From contig CALXTV010000007.1 of the NCBI GenBank assembly GCA_944391505.1, forward strand, positions 2,839-66,838: DNA of 64,000 nucleotides, written 5' to 3'. The number at the start of each line of letters is the position of its first letter. Positions within the stretch are counted from its first letter, which is position 1. The stretch comes from an uncultured Alphaproteobacteria bacterium (GTDB lineage Bacteria; Pseudomonadota; Alphaproteobacteria; RF32; CAG-239). The notes below the pieces were generated by a model. It searched no databases, was not told the origin of the DNA, and worked only from the letters and a program-made list of their open reading frames with translations. Shown piece after piece: positions 9,894 through 18,800 of the stretch. The translations under genes and the position numbers were made by a program.

Positions 9894-10373
9894 ATGTCTG
9901 ATTCACTGATTACACGCAAAGAACACAGCCATAATACGCCTCTGCATTATGGTTATCGCAAAGATTTGAACGATCTGGTCAACAGCTTTTTCAACGGCTG
10001 GCTGGAACTGCCGTCTGAAACGCAGGCGTTCAAAAATCTGGAACCGAAAATTGAAGTTTCCGAAAATGAAAATGACGTTACCGTCTGCGCCGAAATGCCC
10101 GGCATTTCCGAAAAAGACATGGAGCTGGAAATTTCTTCCGACGGCTATCTGACCTTGTCCGGCGAAAAGAAACAGGAGAAAAAAGAACATGGCAAAGGCA
10201 GTTATTTTTCCGAGATTTCTTACGGTTCGTTCAAGAGAACCGTTCCGCTGCCGTGGGATTTGAAGTTTGACGAAGCCAAAGCCGATTTTGAAAACGGCGT
10301 TTTGAAAGTCTTTATCCCGAAATCTCAGGATGAAAAAGGCCGCAAGAAAAAAATTGCCATCAATCGCAAATAA
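9894..10373 (+). CDS. Hsp20/alpha-crystallin family small heat-shock protein
   Basis: An AAGGAGG RBS lies 6 nt upstream. The C-terminal ENGVLKVFIPK is the alpha-crystallin domain signature. Confidence 0.9.
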   Translation: MSDSLITRKEHSHNTPLHYGYRKDLNDLVNSFFNGWLELPSETQAFKNLEPKIEVSENENDVTVCAEMPGISEKDMELEISSDGYLTLSGEKKQEKKEHGKGSYFSEISYGSFKRTVPLPWDLKFDEAKADFENGVLKVFIPKSQDEKGRKKKIAINRK

Positions 10374-10389
10374 TCAAACGATTCAAAAA

Positions 10390-10422
10390 AAACAGCGCTC
10401 TTTGACGAGCGCTGTTTTTTTG
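10390..10422. terminator. Bidirectional rho-independent terminator between hsp20 and the convergent amidotransferase gene
   Basis: aacagcgctc-tttgac-gagcgctgtt hairpin is flanked by an A-run and a T-run. Confidence 0.7.
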
Positions 10423-10433
10423 TGTGTTTCCCC

Positions 10434-11159
10434 TTATTTTCCGGCATGATGAGCCGCGGCTTCAACAAAGCGCCGGAATATTTTCTTGCATCTGGCGTTT
10501 CCGTTGTTGGCCAGATTCTCCGGATGAAACTGCACGCCGAGAATAAACTCGCACCATGGCTCTTTCATCTCAATCGCTTCAACCACACCGTCTTCCGACA
10601 TGGCGGTAATTGTCAGTCCGTCACCCAGAATATTCGGGTTTACCGCTTCGTTGTGACGCGAATTGACAACCATTTCTTTCGGGCCGACAATGTCTGCCAG
10701 CAGCGATCCCGGCTGAATACGAATGGTATGAGCCTCGTCAAGGCCGCTGCTGTGTCCGTTGATATTTTTAGTCAGCAGAGAACAGAAGCTGACAGCCAAC
10801 AGCTGAATTCCGGCACAAATGCCGAGCAAAGGCAGTCGGAAATCATGCGCGTAACGAATCATTTCCTGATACGCCTTTGTTCTGATGTTGACACTGTCGT
10901 CGCCGCCAAAACGTCCATACCAGCAGTCAGGTGTTTTAAAGGCACCGCCGGGAAGCAGAATGGCGTCCGGTTTCAAAACAGACAGTTTTTCATAAACCTT
11001 GTCAAAACCGAACAACACGGGCAGACCGCCGGCTTCTTCAATGGCCCGGCAATAACTGTCGTTGGTTTCGTACATTCCGCTTTCATTGCCGAGCAATAAG
11101 GCAACCACGGGTTTTTCACTTTTCTCTGTCAGGGGATTCTCCCAAAAAATTAAAGCCAT
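10434..11159 (-). CDS. Class I glutamine amidotransferase / gamma-glutamyl hydrolase (peptidase C26, PuuD-like)
   Basis: GICAGIQLL catalytic Cys motif and HPE histidine motif. Confidence 0.8.
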   Translation of the reverse strand: MALIFWENPLTEKSEKPVVALLLGNESGMYETNDSYCRAIEEAGGLPVLFGFDKVYEKLSVLKPDAILLPGGAFKTPDCWYGRFGGDDSVNIRTKAYQEMIRYAHDFRLPLLGICAGIQLLAVSFCSLLTKNINGHSSGLDEAHTIRIQPGSLLADIVGPKEMVVNSRHNEAVNPNILGDGLTITAMSEDGVVEAIEMKEPWCEFILGVQFHPENLANNGNARCKKIFRRFVEAAAHHAGK

Positions 11160-11339
11160 AAACGTAAGATTTTAATTAATAATAAATTATTTATCCCCGT
11201 GAATATACATGATTATTTGTTTGATAACAAGATTTATTTTGTGGATTAGTCAAAATTTTTGTCCAAAAGCTGAAAAATAAACGTTTGACAAATAGACAAA
11301 ACAAATGTAATTTAAAACAAATTTAATTATTAAGAAATT

Positions 11340-12023
11340 ATGAAAACAAATTTAATTCCGGGAATTTTTATTCCTTATTTTGCGGCTGATTTCATTTCGG
11401 AAGCAGAAAGCGAGACAAAGAATCTTTTGGGCAAAACCAAAAACGTTTTGCAGAGTTATTTATCGGACGGCGATTTGTTTTATGCCTGCCAACTGGGATC
11501 GGAAGGAAAAATGATTTTAGGATTGTTTTTCAAACCGTATCACCCGCATCAAATGGGATATAAATCGGCGCTTGATGAAATCTGCCGTCTGACCGGCAAT
11601 CTGTCATTGTGCGATACGGTCTATACCGTGCCTTTGCACAATGTTTCTTCCGCCGGTACGGGAACGGTAAGCAAATCGGTTTGGGCATCGGGAAATTTTT
11701 CGGTCGTCCAAGTGGCAGAAATTCTGAAACGCTTTCGGGCGCAGTGCGGATTAGCGGCTTCGTTGACCCTGGTATGGTCGGACAACGGCTGCGAACTCCA
11801 CGGAACATCACCGCTGGGTGTTGTCAGCAATCATTCGTTGGCATGGCAAAATCATATGAGCAAAGCGTTTAAAGCCGTTTTGCCGCATATAACGGCCATT
11901 TTTTACCAAACCTGGTCGACCAATGCCGAACTTACTCGGAGCCTGACCGGAAAAGGACGAGAAATTTCCGCCGAACGCGAAGCCGAATATGAACGCTATT
12001 CGCGCAAAAGCAAAAAAGCCTGA
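11340..12023 (+). CDS. Hypothetical protein
   Basis: 227-aa ORF followed by a strong terminator at 12036-12078. No recognisable motif. Confidence 0.5.
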   Translation: MKTNLIPGIFIPYFAADFISEAESETKNLLGKTKNVLQSYLSDGDLFYACQLGSEGKMILGLFFKPYHPHQMGYKSALDEICRLTGNLSLCDTVYTVPLHNVSSAGTGTVSKSVWASGNFSVVQVAEILKRFRAQCGLAASLTLVWSDNGCELHGTSPLGVVSNHSLAWQNHMSKAFKAVLPHITAIFYQTWSTNAELTRSLTGKGREISAEREAEYERYSRKSKKA

Positions 12024-12035
12024 TCGCAAAATTCA

Positions 12036-12078
12036 AAACGCCCCGCGCTTGAAAGCGCCGGGCGTTTGCTTTTTTTTA
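12036..12078 (+). terminator. Rho-independent terminator
   Basis: aaacgccccgcgcttgaaagcgccgggcgttt hairpin plus a T9 run. Confidence 0.8.
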
Positions 12079-12127
12079 TAATCAGAACTATATTAAAAAA
12101 GATAAGACTGGAACAAAGGGGTAGATA

Positions 12128-12649
12128 ATGAAGCTTAAACTGAAGTTTATGGTTGAAAAAAACTTTGAACCGAAACTGCGCGCCTTGGGTTACCAGGCAA
12201 CACGCCGCCGACGACTGACGGAAACCTGGTATATTGTTGATGAAACAATCGGCGGTTTTCGCACCTGGCTGCATCTCCGGGAGGACAAACCCGGACGAAC
12301 CGCGTCAATAAACCTTCGACGGCAGATTTCCGAAAATGAAACGGACGAGAACATTGTTGCCGTTGCATTCAAAGACGTTGCCAAAATGAAGCTGATAATG
12401 GCGGCTTGCGGCAAAAAGGAAAAATGCGTCGTCAACCGGGACTATAAAACTTTTACCCGTGGCAATGTTTCCGTAACGCTGGATAATGTTGAAAATCTCG
12501 GCCGCTTTGTTAAAGTCGAAACCAATGGTGAGGAAAACGAAGCAGACATCGCCCGGCTCAATGCCGTCGTCGACGAAATAGGGCTGGAACAGTCCCTGCG
12601 CATCGGCAGCGATTATCCCGAAATGCTGAAAAAACGCAAAAAAAGATAA
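12128..12649 (+). CDS. CYTH-like domain protein (class IV adenylate cyclase / triphosphatase fold), tentative
   Basis: An AAAGGGG RBS precedes it. ENLGRFVKVE resembles the CYTH lGxFvEiE strand. N-terminal charged beta-strand pattern. Confidence 0.45.
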   Translation: MKLKLKFMVEKNFEPKLRALGYQATRRRRLTETWYIVDETIGGFRTWLHLREDKPGRTASINLRRQISENETDENIVAVAFKDVAKMKLIMAACGKKEKCVVNRDYKTFTRGNVSVTLDNVENLGRFVKVETNGEENEADIARLNAVVDEIGLEQSLRIGSDYPEMLKKRKKR

Positions 12650-12716
12650 AGAAACTTGCCTTTGTTTTTTTATTGCAATATGATTTTTGAGAAAGCAATT
12701 CTATCCGGAGAAAAAA

Positions 12717-12881
12717 ATGAAAGCGATTTTTTATATCATTATCTTGGCGGCTCTCGCTTACGGCGGCATGTATGTTTACGAAAACTATCTTGCCGAGTCC
12801 GTAAATCATACGATAACCAATACGGCCAATTTTGCCACGGACGCCAATGTTAAGAACTTTGACGCCAACAAAATGCAGTAA
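12717..12881 (+). CDS. Small single-TM membrane protein
   Basis: GGAGAAAAAAATG RBS, then MKAIFYIIILAALAYGGMYVY hydrophobic helix. Followed by a terminator. Confidence 0.4.
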   Translation: MKAIFYIIILAALAYGGMYVYENYLAESVNHTITNTANFATDANVKNFDANKMQ

Positions 12882-12903
12882 AAAAAACAAGCCTAAAACC
12901 CAA

Positions 12904-12931
12904 AGTCCCTCAAACGAGGGGCTTTGTTTTT
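12904..12931 (+). terminator. Rho-independent terminator
   Basis: ccctcaaacgaggg hairpin plus a T-run. Confidence 0.75.
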
Positions 12932-12942
12932 ATTACATGCTC

Positions 12943-13064
12943 TACAGAAAATCCGAGTTTACTCGGGGCTGAATGCAAAAGTGTCGTTAGACGACTGTTC
13001 CGCACCAACGGATGTAGTCAATCCGTAGGGTTGGGAGTTGATTAATTTTTCTCCAGTTTGTTGG
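12943..13064 (+). repeat. Structured GC-rich repeat element, copy A (homologous to 56383-56507)
   Basis: Shared block tacagaaaa-tccgagtttactcggggctgaatgc (hairpin ccgagt/actcgg). A second hairpin gtcgttagacgac sits at the aligned position of copy B gtgttggaacaacac. A conserved ccaacg...gtcaatccgtagggtt block follows, then a degraded terminal hairpin ctccagtttgttgg. Confidence 0.6.
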
Positions 13065-13138
13065 AAAATGTCTATTGGACAAAATATTGACTTAATAAAA
13101 CAATTTTGCTAAAATAAAAAAATAATAAGGATAACTTT

Positions 13139-14680
13139 ATGAATTTGCAGCAGAAATCTAAAAAAATAAAAGAAATCAAGCAAGGTATGCGCAAAGCCGC
13201 ATTAGTCGGTTTGGCTTCGTTGGTTACGACAACTGCTCTTGGCAAAGAGAGCAAAAATGATTTTGGCGGAGATGCTAAAAAAAATCAAACTGAAATCCCG
13301 GCAGTTTCTCCGGCAGAAAAGTCTTCCGAGTGTGCCTACTATGTCAATAATCTGACGCTTGATGCCCAGTCTCCGATTTGTCAGATATATAAGGTCAGCC
13401 GCCATAAGGCGTTCTATTCACATTATCTCAACGGCGGTGCCGGCGGCATTGTCTTTACCCGGTTCCATATCAGTGATGCCGATGCTTTTGGCAATGCCAA
13501 TCAGACCGGTCCCGAAAAATTTTCCAAAGCATTGCAGGATTTTGCGTCACGAGCTAAAAATTTTGGTTATAAAGACGAAATTAAAAATCTGGACGATGTC
13601 GCACGTTGTCTGGCTTCTTATGCCGACAGCAATCGGAAAAAAGACCGTTACATCGGCGAAGCTCTGTCGCAGAACTATGCGGACAGCGGGCTGCAGGCAG
13701 CCCGGACATTGAAAGAAACCGTTGCCGATCTGAACGAAGCTAATCTTAAAATGGCAAAACACGAGCAGACGCATGCTTCCAACGGTCAGTATATGAAAGC
13801 GGTTAAGACCGGCGATATTTTGCTGTCTCCGGGCGGCATTTATTTGGCTCGCATGGCCGATGAGCTGCGGGCGCAGATAAAAGGCGGCAATATTCAGGCA
13901 ACAGCTGCCGGAGTAGAAAACTTTTTTGCTGATTTCGGAGCCGGATATTACGAACAGTATACGTCGGATATTCTCCAAGACGTTTCTTATAATCGGATGT
14001 TTGCCTATGCCTTGAACGAAGAACAGGCAGAACGCCGTATTCCGGCCGAGATTAACAATTCGCTGCTTGGTTTTGAAATGGAAGGCGTTGACAGCCGGGG
14101 AAGAACGCACACAATCAACGGCGTGGAAACTTCCCGGGGATTTGTTTATTTCGGCGGCGAAGATGTTTCGTCGGTTAAAATGAAAAACGGCCGTGTCCTG
14201 CCGCTGAACTGTCTGGCTGATGCCGAAGGCCGTGCGCTGAAAGACGGTAACGGCCAGAAAATACCGGCGCGGGTCATTTATAACGACGGCGATTTTACTG
14301 TTGCCCTGGCGGGAAGCGTTTTGACAACGAAGGACATGGATAGGAATCTGGATGAAGCGCTGCGGCACATATTGCGCGATTTGACGCCTTCAGAGCAAAA
14401 AACGGTTCTGGACGCATTGAATGCCCATTGTCGTGACGATGCTGACAAACTGACTAATGCCCTGTTGCAGGATTCGGACTCGTTAATGAAAATGCGCGCC
14501 GAATCCGATAATGTTGCCGCGGATTTGCAGTATATCCGCGAGAAAAGGGCCTCTTTTCTGCAAAAGGCCGGGGAAGAAAAATATGCAGGCATGAATTTGG
14601 TACGGATTGATTCGTTACAGGATAATTCTTTGCACTTGACCCCGGCAATGTTTCGGCAGCCGTCTGCGGAACGGAAATAA
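13139..14680 (+). CDS. Secreted hypothetical protein (signal peptide)
   Basis: AAGGATA RBS. The N-terminal MRKAALVGLASLVTTTALG is signal-peptide-like. 513 aa with no recognisable catalytic motif. Confidence 0.7.
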   Translation: MNLQQKSKKIKEIKQGMRKAALVGLASLVTTTALGKESKNDFGGDAKKNQTEIPAVSPAEKSSECAYYVNNLTLDAQSPICQIYKVSRHKAFYSHYLNGGAGGIVFTRFHISDADAFGNANQTGPEKFSKALQDFASRAKNFGYKDEIKNLDDVARCLASYADSNRKKDRYIGEALSQNYADSGLQAARTLKETVADLNEANLKMAKHEQTHASNGQYMKAVKTGDILLSPGGIYLARMADELRAQIKGGNIQATAAGVENFFADFGAGYYEQYTSDILQDVSYNRMFAYALNEEQAERRIPAEINNSLLGFEMEGVDSRGRTHTINGVETSRGFVYFGGEDVSSVKMKNGRVLPLNCLADAEGRALKDGNGQKIPARVIYNDGDFTVALAGSVLTTKDMDRNLDEALRHILRDLTPSEQKTVLDALNAHCRDDADKLTNALLQDSDSLMKMRAESDNVAADLQYIREKRASFLQKAGEEKYAGMNLVRIDSLQDNSLHLTPAMFRQPSAERK

Positions 14681-14814
14681 AAAATTTTTAAGCATGTTCG
14701 ACTTCGATAGACAACCGGGTCAAGTTACTACTGAGCGATTTTTTTTGGGAAAAAGCCATTTTCTTTGTCTTTGCTTCAGAAAACCAGCCTCTGCTTTTGC
14801 AAAAATCAATAACT

Positions 14815-15099
14815 TCAGCTTTCAAAACGGTCAAAAAGCTCTTTTAATTCGTTAAGTTTTTGCTCTTTGTCTTCTTCCGAATTGAAAGACTGGGCAACGC
14901 AATGCTGCAAATGCGTCTTCAGAATACTGCTTTCTACGGCGCGAATGGCCGAGCGGGCAGCGCGAAGCTGAATCAAAATATCAGGACAATAGCGCTGCTC
15001 CTCAATCATTTTCTTCACGCCCTCCAACTGCCCGATAACTCTGTTCAGGCGCGGAAGCTCCCGCTTGTGGCAGGGATGTTGATGTGTTTGGGGTTCCAT
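14815..15099 (-). CDS. csoR: CsoR/RcnR/FrmR-family metal-sensing transcriptional repressor
   Basis: 94 aa carrying the family signature RxxGQLxGVxKM...YCxDIL...H...C, including the CPDIL motif. Confidence 0.85.
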   Translation of the reverse strand: MEPQTHQHPCHKRELPRLNRVIGQLEGVKKMIEEQRYCPDILIQLRAARSAIRAVESSILKTHLQHCVAQSFNSEEDKEQKLNELKELFDRFES

Positions 15100-15119
15100 C
15101 TCGGCCTCGCAAATTTAAG

Positions 15120-15275
15120 CTATTTGTCGCAGTCGCACTTGTGACAGCCGCATTCTTTTTCATTGTTTTTGCAGCCGCAGTCTTTGCCTTCGCCGCACTG
15201 ATGAGTTTCATCGCAGGTGCAGTTGTCGCCGCAGGTGCAGTCCGGGTTTTTGCATTTCGGGTTATTACAAGCCAT
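15120..15275 (-). CDS. Metallothionein-like Cys-rich peptide (51 aa, 15 Cys)
   Basis: AAGGAG RBS 7 nt upstream of the ATG. MACNNPKCKNPDCTCGDNCTCDETHQCGEGKDCGCKNNEKECGCHKCDCDK has CxC/CxxC clusters. It lies 20 nt upstream of csoR on the same strand. Confidence 0.7.
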   Translation of the reverse strand: MACNNPKCKNPDCTCGDNCTCDETHQCGEGKDCGCKNNEKECGCHKCDCDK

Positions 15276-15299
15276 TTCAAATCTCCTTGTTAAATTCTC

Positions 15300-15350
15300 A
15301 TACCCTCTTGGGGTATATAAAATGTATACCGTCCGGGGGTATAATGTCAA
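15300..15350 (-). promoter_or_regulatory. sigma70 promoter with two CsoR-type operators
   Basis: On the minus strand: TTGACA (15345-15350), a 16-nt spacer, then TATACAT. Operator ATACCGTCCGGGGGTAT (15326-15342) lies in the spacer and operator ATACCCTCTTGGGGTAT (15300-15316) lies just downstream of the -10. Both fit TACCC-N5-GGGTA. Confidence 0.7.
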
Positions 15351-15420
15351 CAGATAATTTTATCTAAACAAAAAGATTGCATAAAATCTCCAATCGGCTA
15401 TTTTAACCAAAGGAGGTGCC

Positions 15421-16707
15421 ATGCGGACTGACCGGAGTATTATCTATCATATTTACCCGCTGGGTTTCTGCGCGGTTGAACCGCGCAACAGCTTTACAAC
15501 CAACCCCGTAAATCGAATATCCAAAATCGAAAACTGGCTGCCGCACATCAAAAGCATGGGCTGCGATACGCTTTTGTTGGGGCCGGTGTGGGAAGCTTCC
15601 GCACATGGGTATGATACGGCTGATTTTTTTCATCTGGATCGCCGCCTCGGCTCAAATGAAGACTTCAAAGCGGTTGCAAAAGCAGTTCATGCTACCGGAA
15701 TGAATCTGGTTCTTGACGGTGTTTTCAACCATGTCGGCCGCGATTTCTGGGCATTTCGCGACGTCATCGAAAAACGCGAAAACTCGCCGTATAAAGACTG
15801 GTTTACCATTAATTTCAGCTTAAACAACGGCTTCAACGACGGTCTGTGTTACGATGCCTGGGAAGGCTGCGAAGATTTGGTTGCTTTGAACCTGTCCAAC
15901 GCCGCCGTCCGGCGTCATCTTCTGGATGCGGTCCGCTTCTGGATAGAAACGTTTGATATCGACGGCCTGCGTCTGGATGTCGCCTATTGTCTGAATATGG
16001 ATTTTATGCGCGAACTTCGCGATTTTACCGCCACTCTCAAACCCGGCTTCTGGTTGTTGGGCGAAGTTATCAAGGCCAATTATCGCCGTTGGCTGCGTCC
16101 CGGACTGGTTGATTCGGTAACCAATTACGAATGTTGGAAAGGCTTGTGGTCAAGCTGCAATACGCATAATATGTTCGAAATCGCTCACTCTCTGGATAGA
16201 CAGTTTGCCGAAGACGGTCCCGGCATTTATCGAAGCTGGCGGCTTTATAATTTTGCCGACAATCACGATGTCAGCAGGCTGGCGTCAAAACTCAAAGACA
16301 GCCGCCATCTGCCTCTGGTTTACACTTTGCTCTATACCATGCCGGGAATTCCGTCTTTGTATTACGGCAGCGAGTGGGGCGTTCCCGGCCGCAAAAACCG
16401 AGGAGACGGAGATTTGCGCCGTAGTTTGGAGCTTTTGCCGGATAATGCCCTGACGAATGTCCTGCGCCGACTTTCCGAACTCCGCAGCCGGTTCCCGTCG
16501 TTGGTTGATGCGCCATACCATCGTTCCGAACTTGGTAATGAGTTTTTAAGTTTTTTCCGGGATAATCTTTTTATTGCCGTCAATATCGGCGCCGAACCGG
16601 TCGAACTGACGGCGCCTTTCGGGCGTTTGACCGTTGTGCCGTTCTCGGCGGCAGTCTTTGAACCAAACGGCAATTGCCTTTTTTCTGTAGAAAATTTTTT
16701 GCTTTGA
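15421..16707 (+). CDS. GH13 alpha-amylase family glycoside hydrolase
   Basis: Conserved regions DGVFNH, GLRLDVAY, GEV and FADNHD. Confidence 0.9.
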   Translation: MRTDRSIIYHIYPLGFCAVEPRNSFTTNPVNRISKIENWLPHIKSMGCDTLLLGPVWEASAHGYDTADFFHLDRRLGSNEDFKAVAKAVHATGMNLVLDGVFNHVGRDFWAFRDVIEKRENSPYKDWFTINFSLNNGFNDGLCYDAWEGCEDLVALNLSNAAVRRHLLDAVRFWIETFDIDGLRLDVAYCLNMDFMRELRDFTATLKPGFWLLGEVIKANYRRWLRPGLVDSVTNYECWKGLWSSCNTHNMFEIAHSLDRQFAEDGPGIYRSWRLYNFADNHDVSRLASKLKDSRHLPLVYTLLYTMPGIPSLYYGSEWGVPGRKNRGDGDLRRSLELLPDNALTNVLRRLSELRSRFPSLVDAPYHRSELGNEFLSFFRDNLFIAVNIGAEPVELTAPFGRLTVVPFSAAVFEPNGNCLFSVENFLL

Positions 16708-16717
16708 GGATTTTGTC

Positions 16718-18097
16718 ATGACCCGCCGTATTCGCTTTATTCTGCTGTTGGCAATTTTTATCGGTGGTTATGCCTCGTTGTCGTTGGAACTTATTGTTTT
16801 GCGTCAGTTGAGCGGTTTTGTCGGCTCAACGGCCATCACAACCTCGATTGTCATCGGAATTTTTTTGGCTTTCATGTCTTTGGGGTATTGGCGAGGTGCC
16901 GAACTTCCGCTGAATCGAAACTCCGCCCGGAGCGTTGCGTCGCGCGATTTTGCCGTCGTGGCTCTGATGGTGGTCTTGGCCTCAAGTTATATCTTGCTCG
17001 ACATATATTTTGGACTGATGAGCGTTGCCGGTCTGAAGTCAAACGTGCTGAAAACCTTTATTTACTCATTTGCATTTTTGTCTTTTGGCCCCTATTTGTT
17101 TGGTAAAATCACCGCGCTTCTCAGCCGCTGCCTAAATCGTTACAATCGCAACTGCACCGGCAAAATTATGGCGGTCGATACGCTGGGGTCGGTACTGGGG
17201 TCGATTTTGACAACGCTGGTCATCATGCCTTTTATAGGTGTTAATCACACGATTATTGTGGCCGTTGTTGCTACGGTTGCCGCATCGGCGCTGTTGGCCA
17301 AAAAAGTCGCCTGGTATTGGCTCGGACTGATAATTGTTTCTGCTGTTTTGTTCAATCGCAACCATCTGCTGCGCGATGTCTATAATATTGTTGAAAACAA
17401 TGCCTTATCGACAATCTCTGTTTTTGATACGGATGACGGACGGGCGCGGGCCATGGTCATTAACGGCAGCAGTTCCTCCAAAATCTCTGAAGACCGGGAG
17501 CTTTGGTTTGGCTACGTCCGCTATGTGCAGGAGAATTTTATTGAAACGCTGCCCAAAGACCGGAAGAGAGACATACTGATTCTCGGTGCCGGCGGTTTTA
17601 CCATGGGCGAGGGAGATGTTTTCCATAATTATACGTTTCTTGACATTGACCGTTCGCTCCAAAAAATTTCCGAAGAAAAATTTCTCGGTCATAAACTGAC
17701 TCCGAACAAGCGTTTTGTTGTTGAAGATGCCAACCAGTTTCTGAAAGACAGTACGCAAAAGTATGATCTGATTGTGTTGGATACTTATTCCAGCATGGGC
17801 ATAATCCCGATGGATCTGATTACCCACGAATATTTTGCCAGAGTGAAAAACAACCTCAAACCCGGCGGCATTGTTGTAATGAATATTCTTACCAGTCCAA
17901 ATTTTAGCGATGCTTTTGCCGTCAACATTGACAATACCATACGCTCGGTTTTTCGTCATGCCTTGTCACGTCAGGTCATCGGCAGCTTCAACGCCTGGGA
18001 ACACCAGCGGGCGAACGTCATATATGTCTATTATGATGTTGAAGACAAGGGCGGCGTTTATACCGCAGACAAAAACGCCGTCTTCTACGATATGTAA
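16718..18097 (+). CDS. Membrane-bound spermidine-synthase-like aminopropyl/methyltransferase
   Basis: About 7 N-terminal TM helices. The C-terminal domain ILILGAGGFTMGE...VVEDANQFL...YDLIVLDTYSS has the spermidine synthase fold signature. Confidence 0.75.
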   Translation: MTRRIRFILLLAIFIGGYASLSLELIVLRQLSGFVGSTAITTSIVIGIFLAFMSLGYWRGAELPLNRNSARSVASRDFAVVALMVVLASSYILLDIYFGLMSVAGLKSNVLKTFIYSFAFLSFGPYLFGKITALLSRCLNRYNRNCTGKIMAVDTLGSVLGSILTTLVIMPFIGVNHTIIVAVVATVAASALLAKKVAWYWLGLIIVSAVLFNRNHLLRDVYNIVENNALSTISVFDTDDGRARAMVINGSSSSKISEDRELWFGYVRYVQENFIETLPKDRKRDILILGAGGFTMGEGDVFHNYTFLDIDRSLQKISEEKFLGHKLTPNKRFVVEDANQFLKDSTQKYDLIVLDTYSSMGIIPMDLITHEYFARVKNNLKPGGIVVMNILTSPNFSDAFAVNIDNTIRSVFRHALSRQVIGSFNAWEHQRANVIYVYYDVEDKGGVYTADKNAVFYDM

Positions 18098-18125
18098 AAA
18101 CGGCCGTTTCGAAAATAAGCAAATA

Positions 18126-18713
18126 TCAGGCATGCCCGGCCTTGGAAACCAAACGGGTAAGGTCAATACCAAGCGATTCGATGGCTTTTTGCCATTTCTC
18201 TTCGTCTTTGGTTCTGAAAACCAGTTCCGGAGTCGGATTGGCAACCAGCCAGGCATTGTTGGCAATCTCTTTTTCCAACTGCATTGGTGCCCAGCTTGCA
18301 TAACCCAGAGCAATCAGATTTTCTTTCGGCCCCATGCCGAAAGCAATATCGGTAATAATGTCTATTGAAGACGAAATGGCAATTTTATCATCAATGACAA
18401 CCGTATCGGGCTTGATGTAGTCTGTCGAATGCAGAACAAAACCGCGTACCTTTTCAAGCGGGCCGCCCTGATGAAGGTCAATGGGTTCGACGGGATATAT
18501 TGTATTGATCGGAAGTTGGTTAGCCAAATCAGCAAAGGAGAATTCTTTTATTTTTTTGTTCACCACGAACCCCATTGCCCCTTCTCTGGAGTGTGAGCAA
18601 ATATAAATCAGCGTATCGGCAAACCGTTCGTCTGCCATATCAGGCATGGAAACGAGACATTTTCCGGTAAGATATAAGTCGCATTTGTCCGTCATTGATT
18701 TTAATACCTGCAT
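18126..18713 (-). CDS. YqgE/AlgH family protein (UPF0301)
   Basis: N-terminal LTGKCLVSMPDMADERFADTLIYICSHSREGAMGFVVNK is typical of the family. Confidence 0.85.
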   Translation of the reverse strand: MQVLKSMTDKCDLYLTGKCLVSMPDMADERFADTLIYICSHSREGAMGFVVNKKIKEFSFADLANQLPINTIYPVEPIDLHQGGPLEKVRGFVLHSTDYIKPDTVVIDDKIAISSSIDIITDIAFGMGPKENLIALGYASWAPMQLEKEIANNAWLVANPTPELVFRTKDEEKWQKAIESLGIDLTRLVSKAGHA

Positions 18714-18800
18714 AATTACTTTTTATTTACCCAACATTGTTAGTATAACATAATAATTAAGTAATTTAAAAATGTTTTTTAAGGGGCAGGAGCGGAATTT

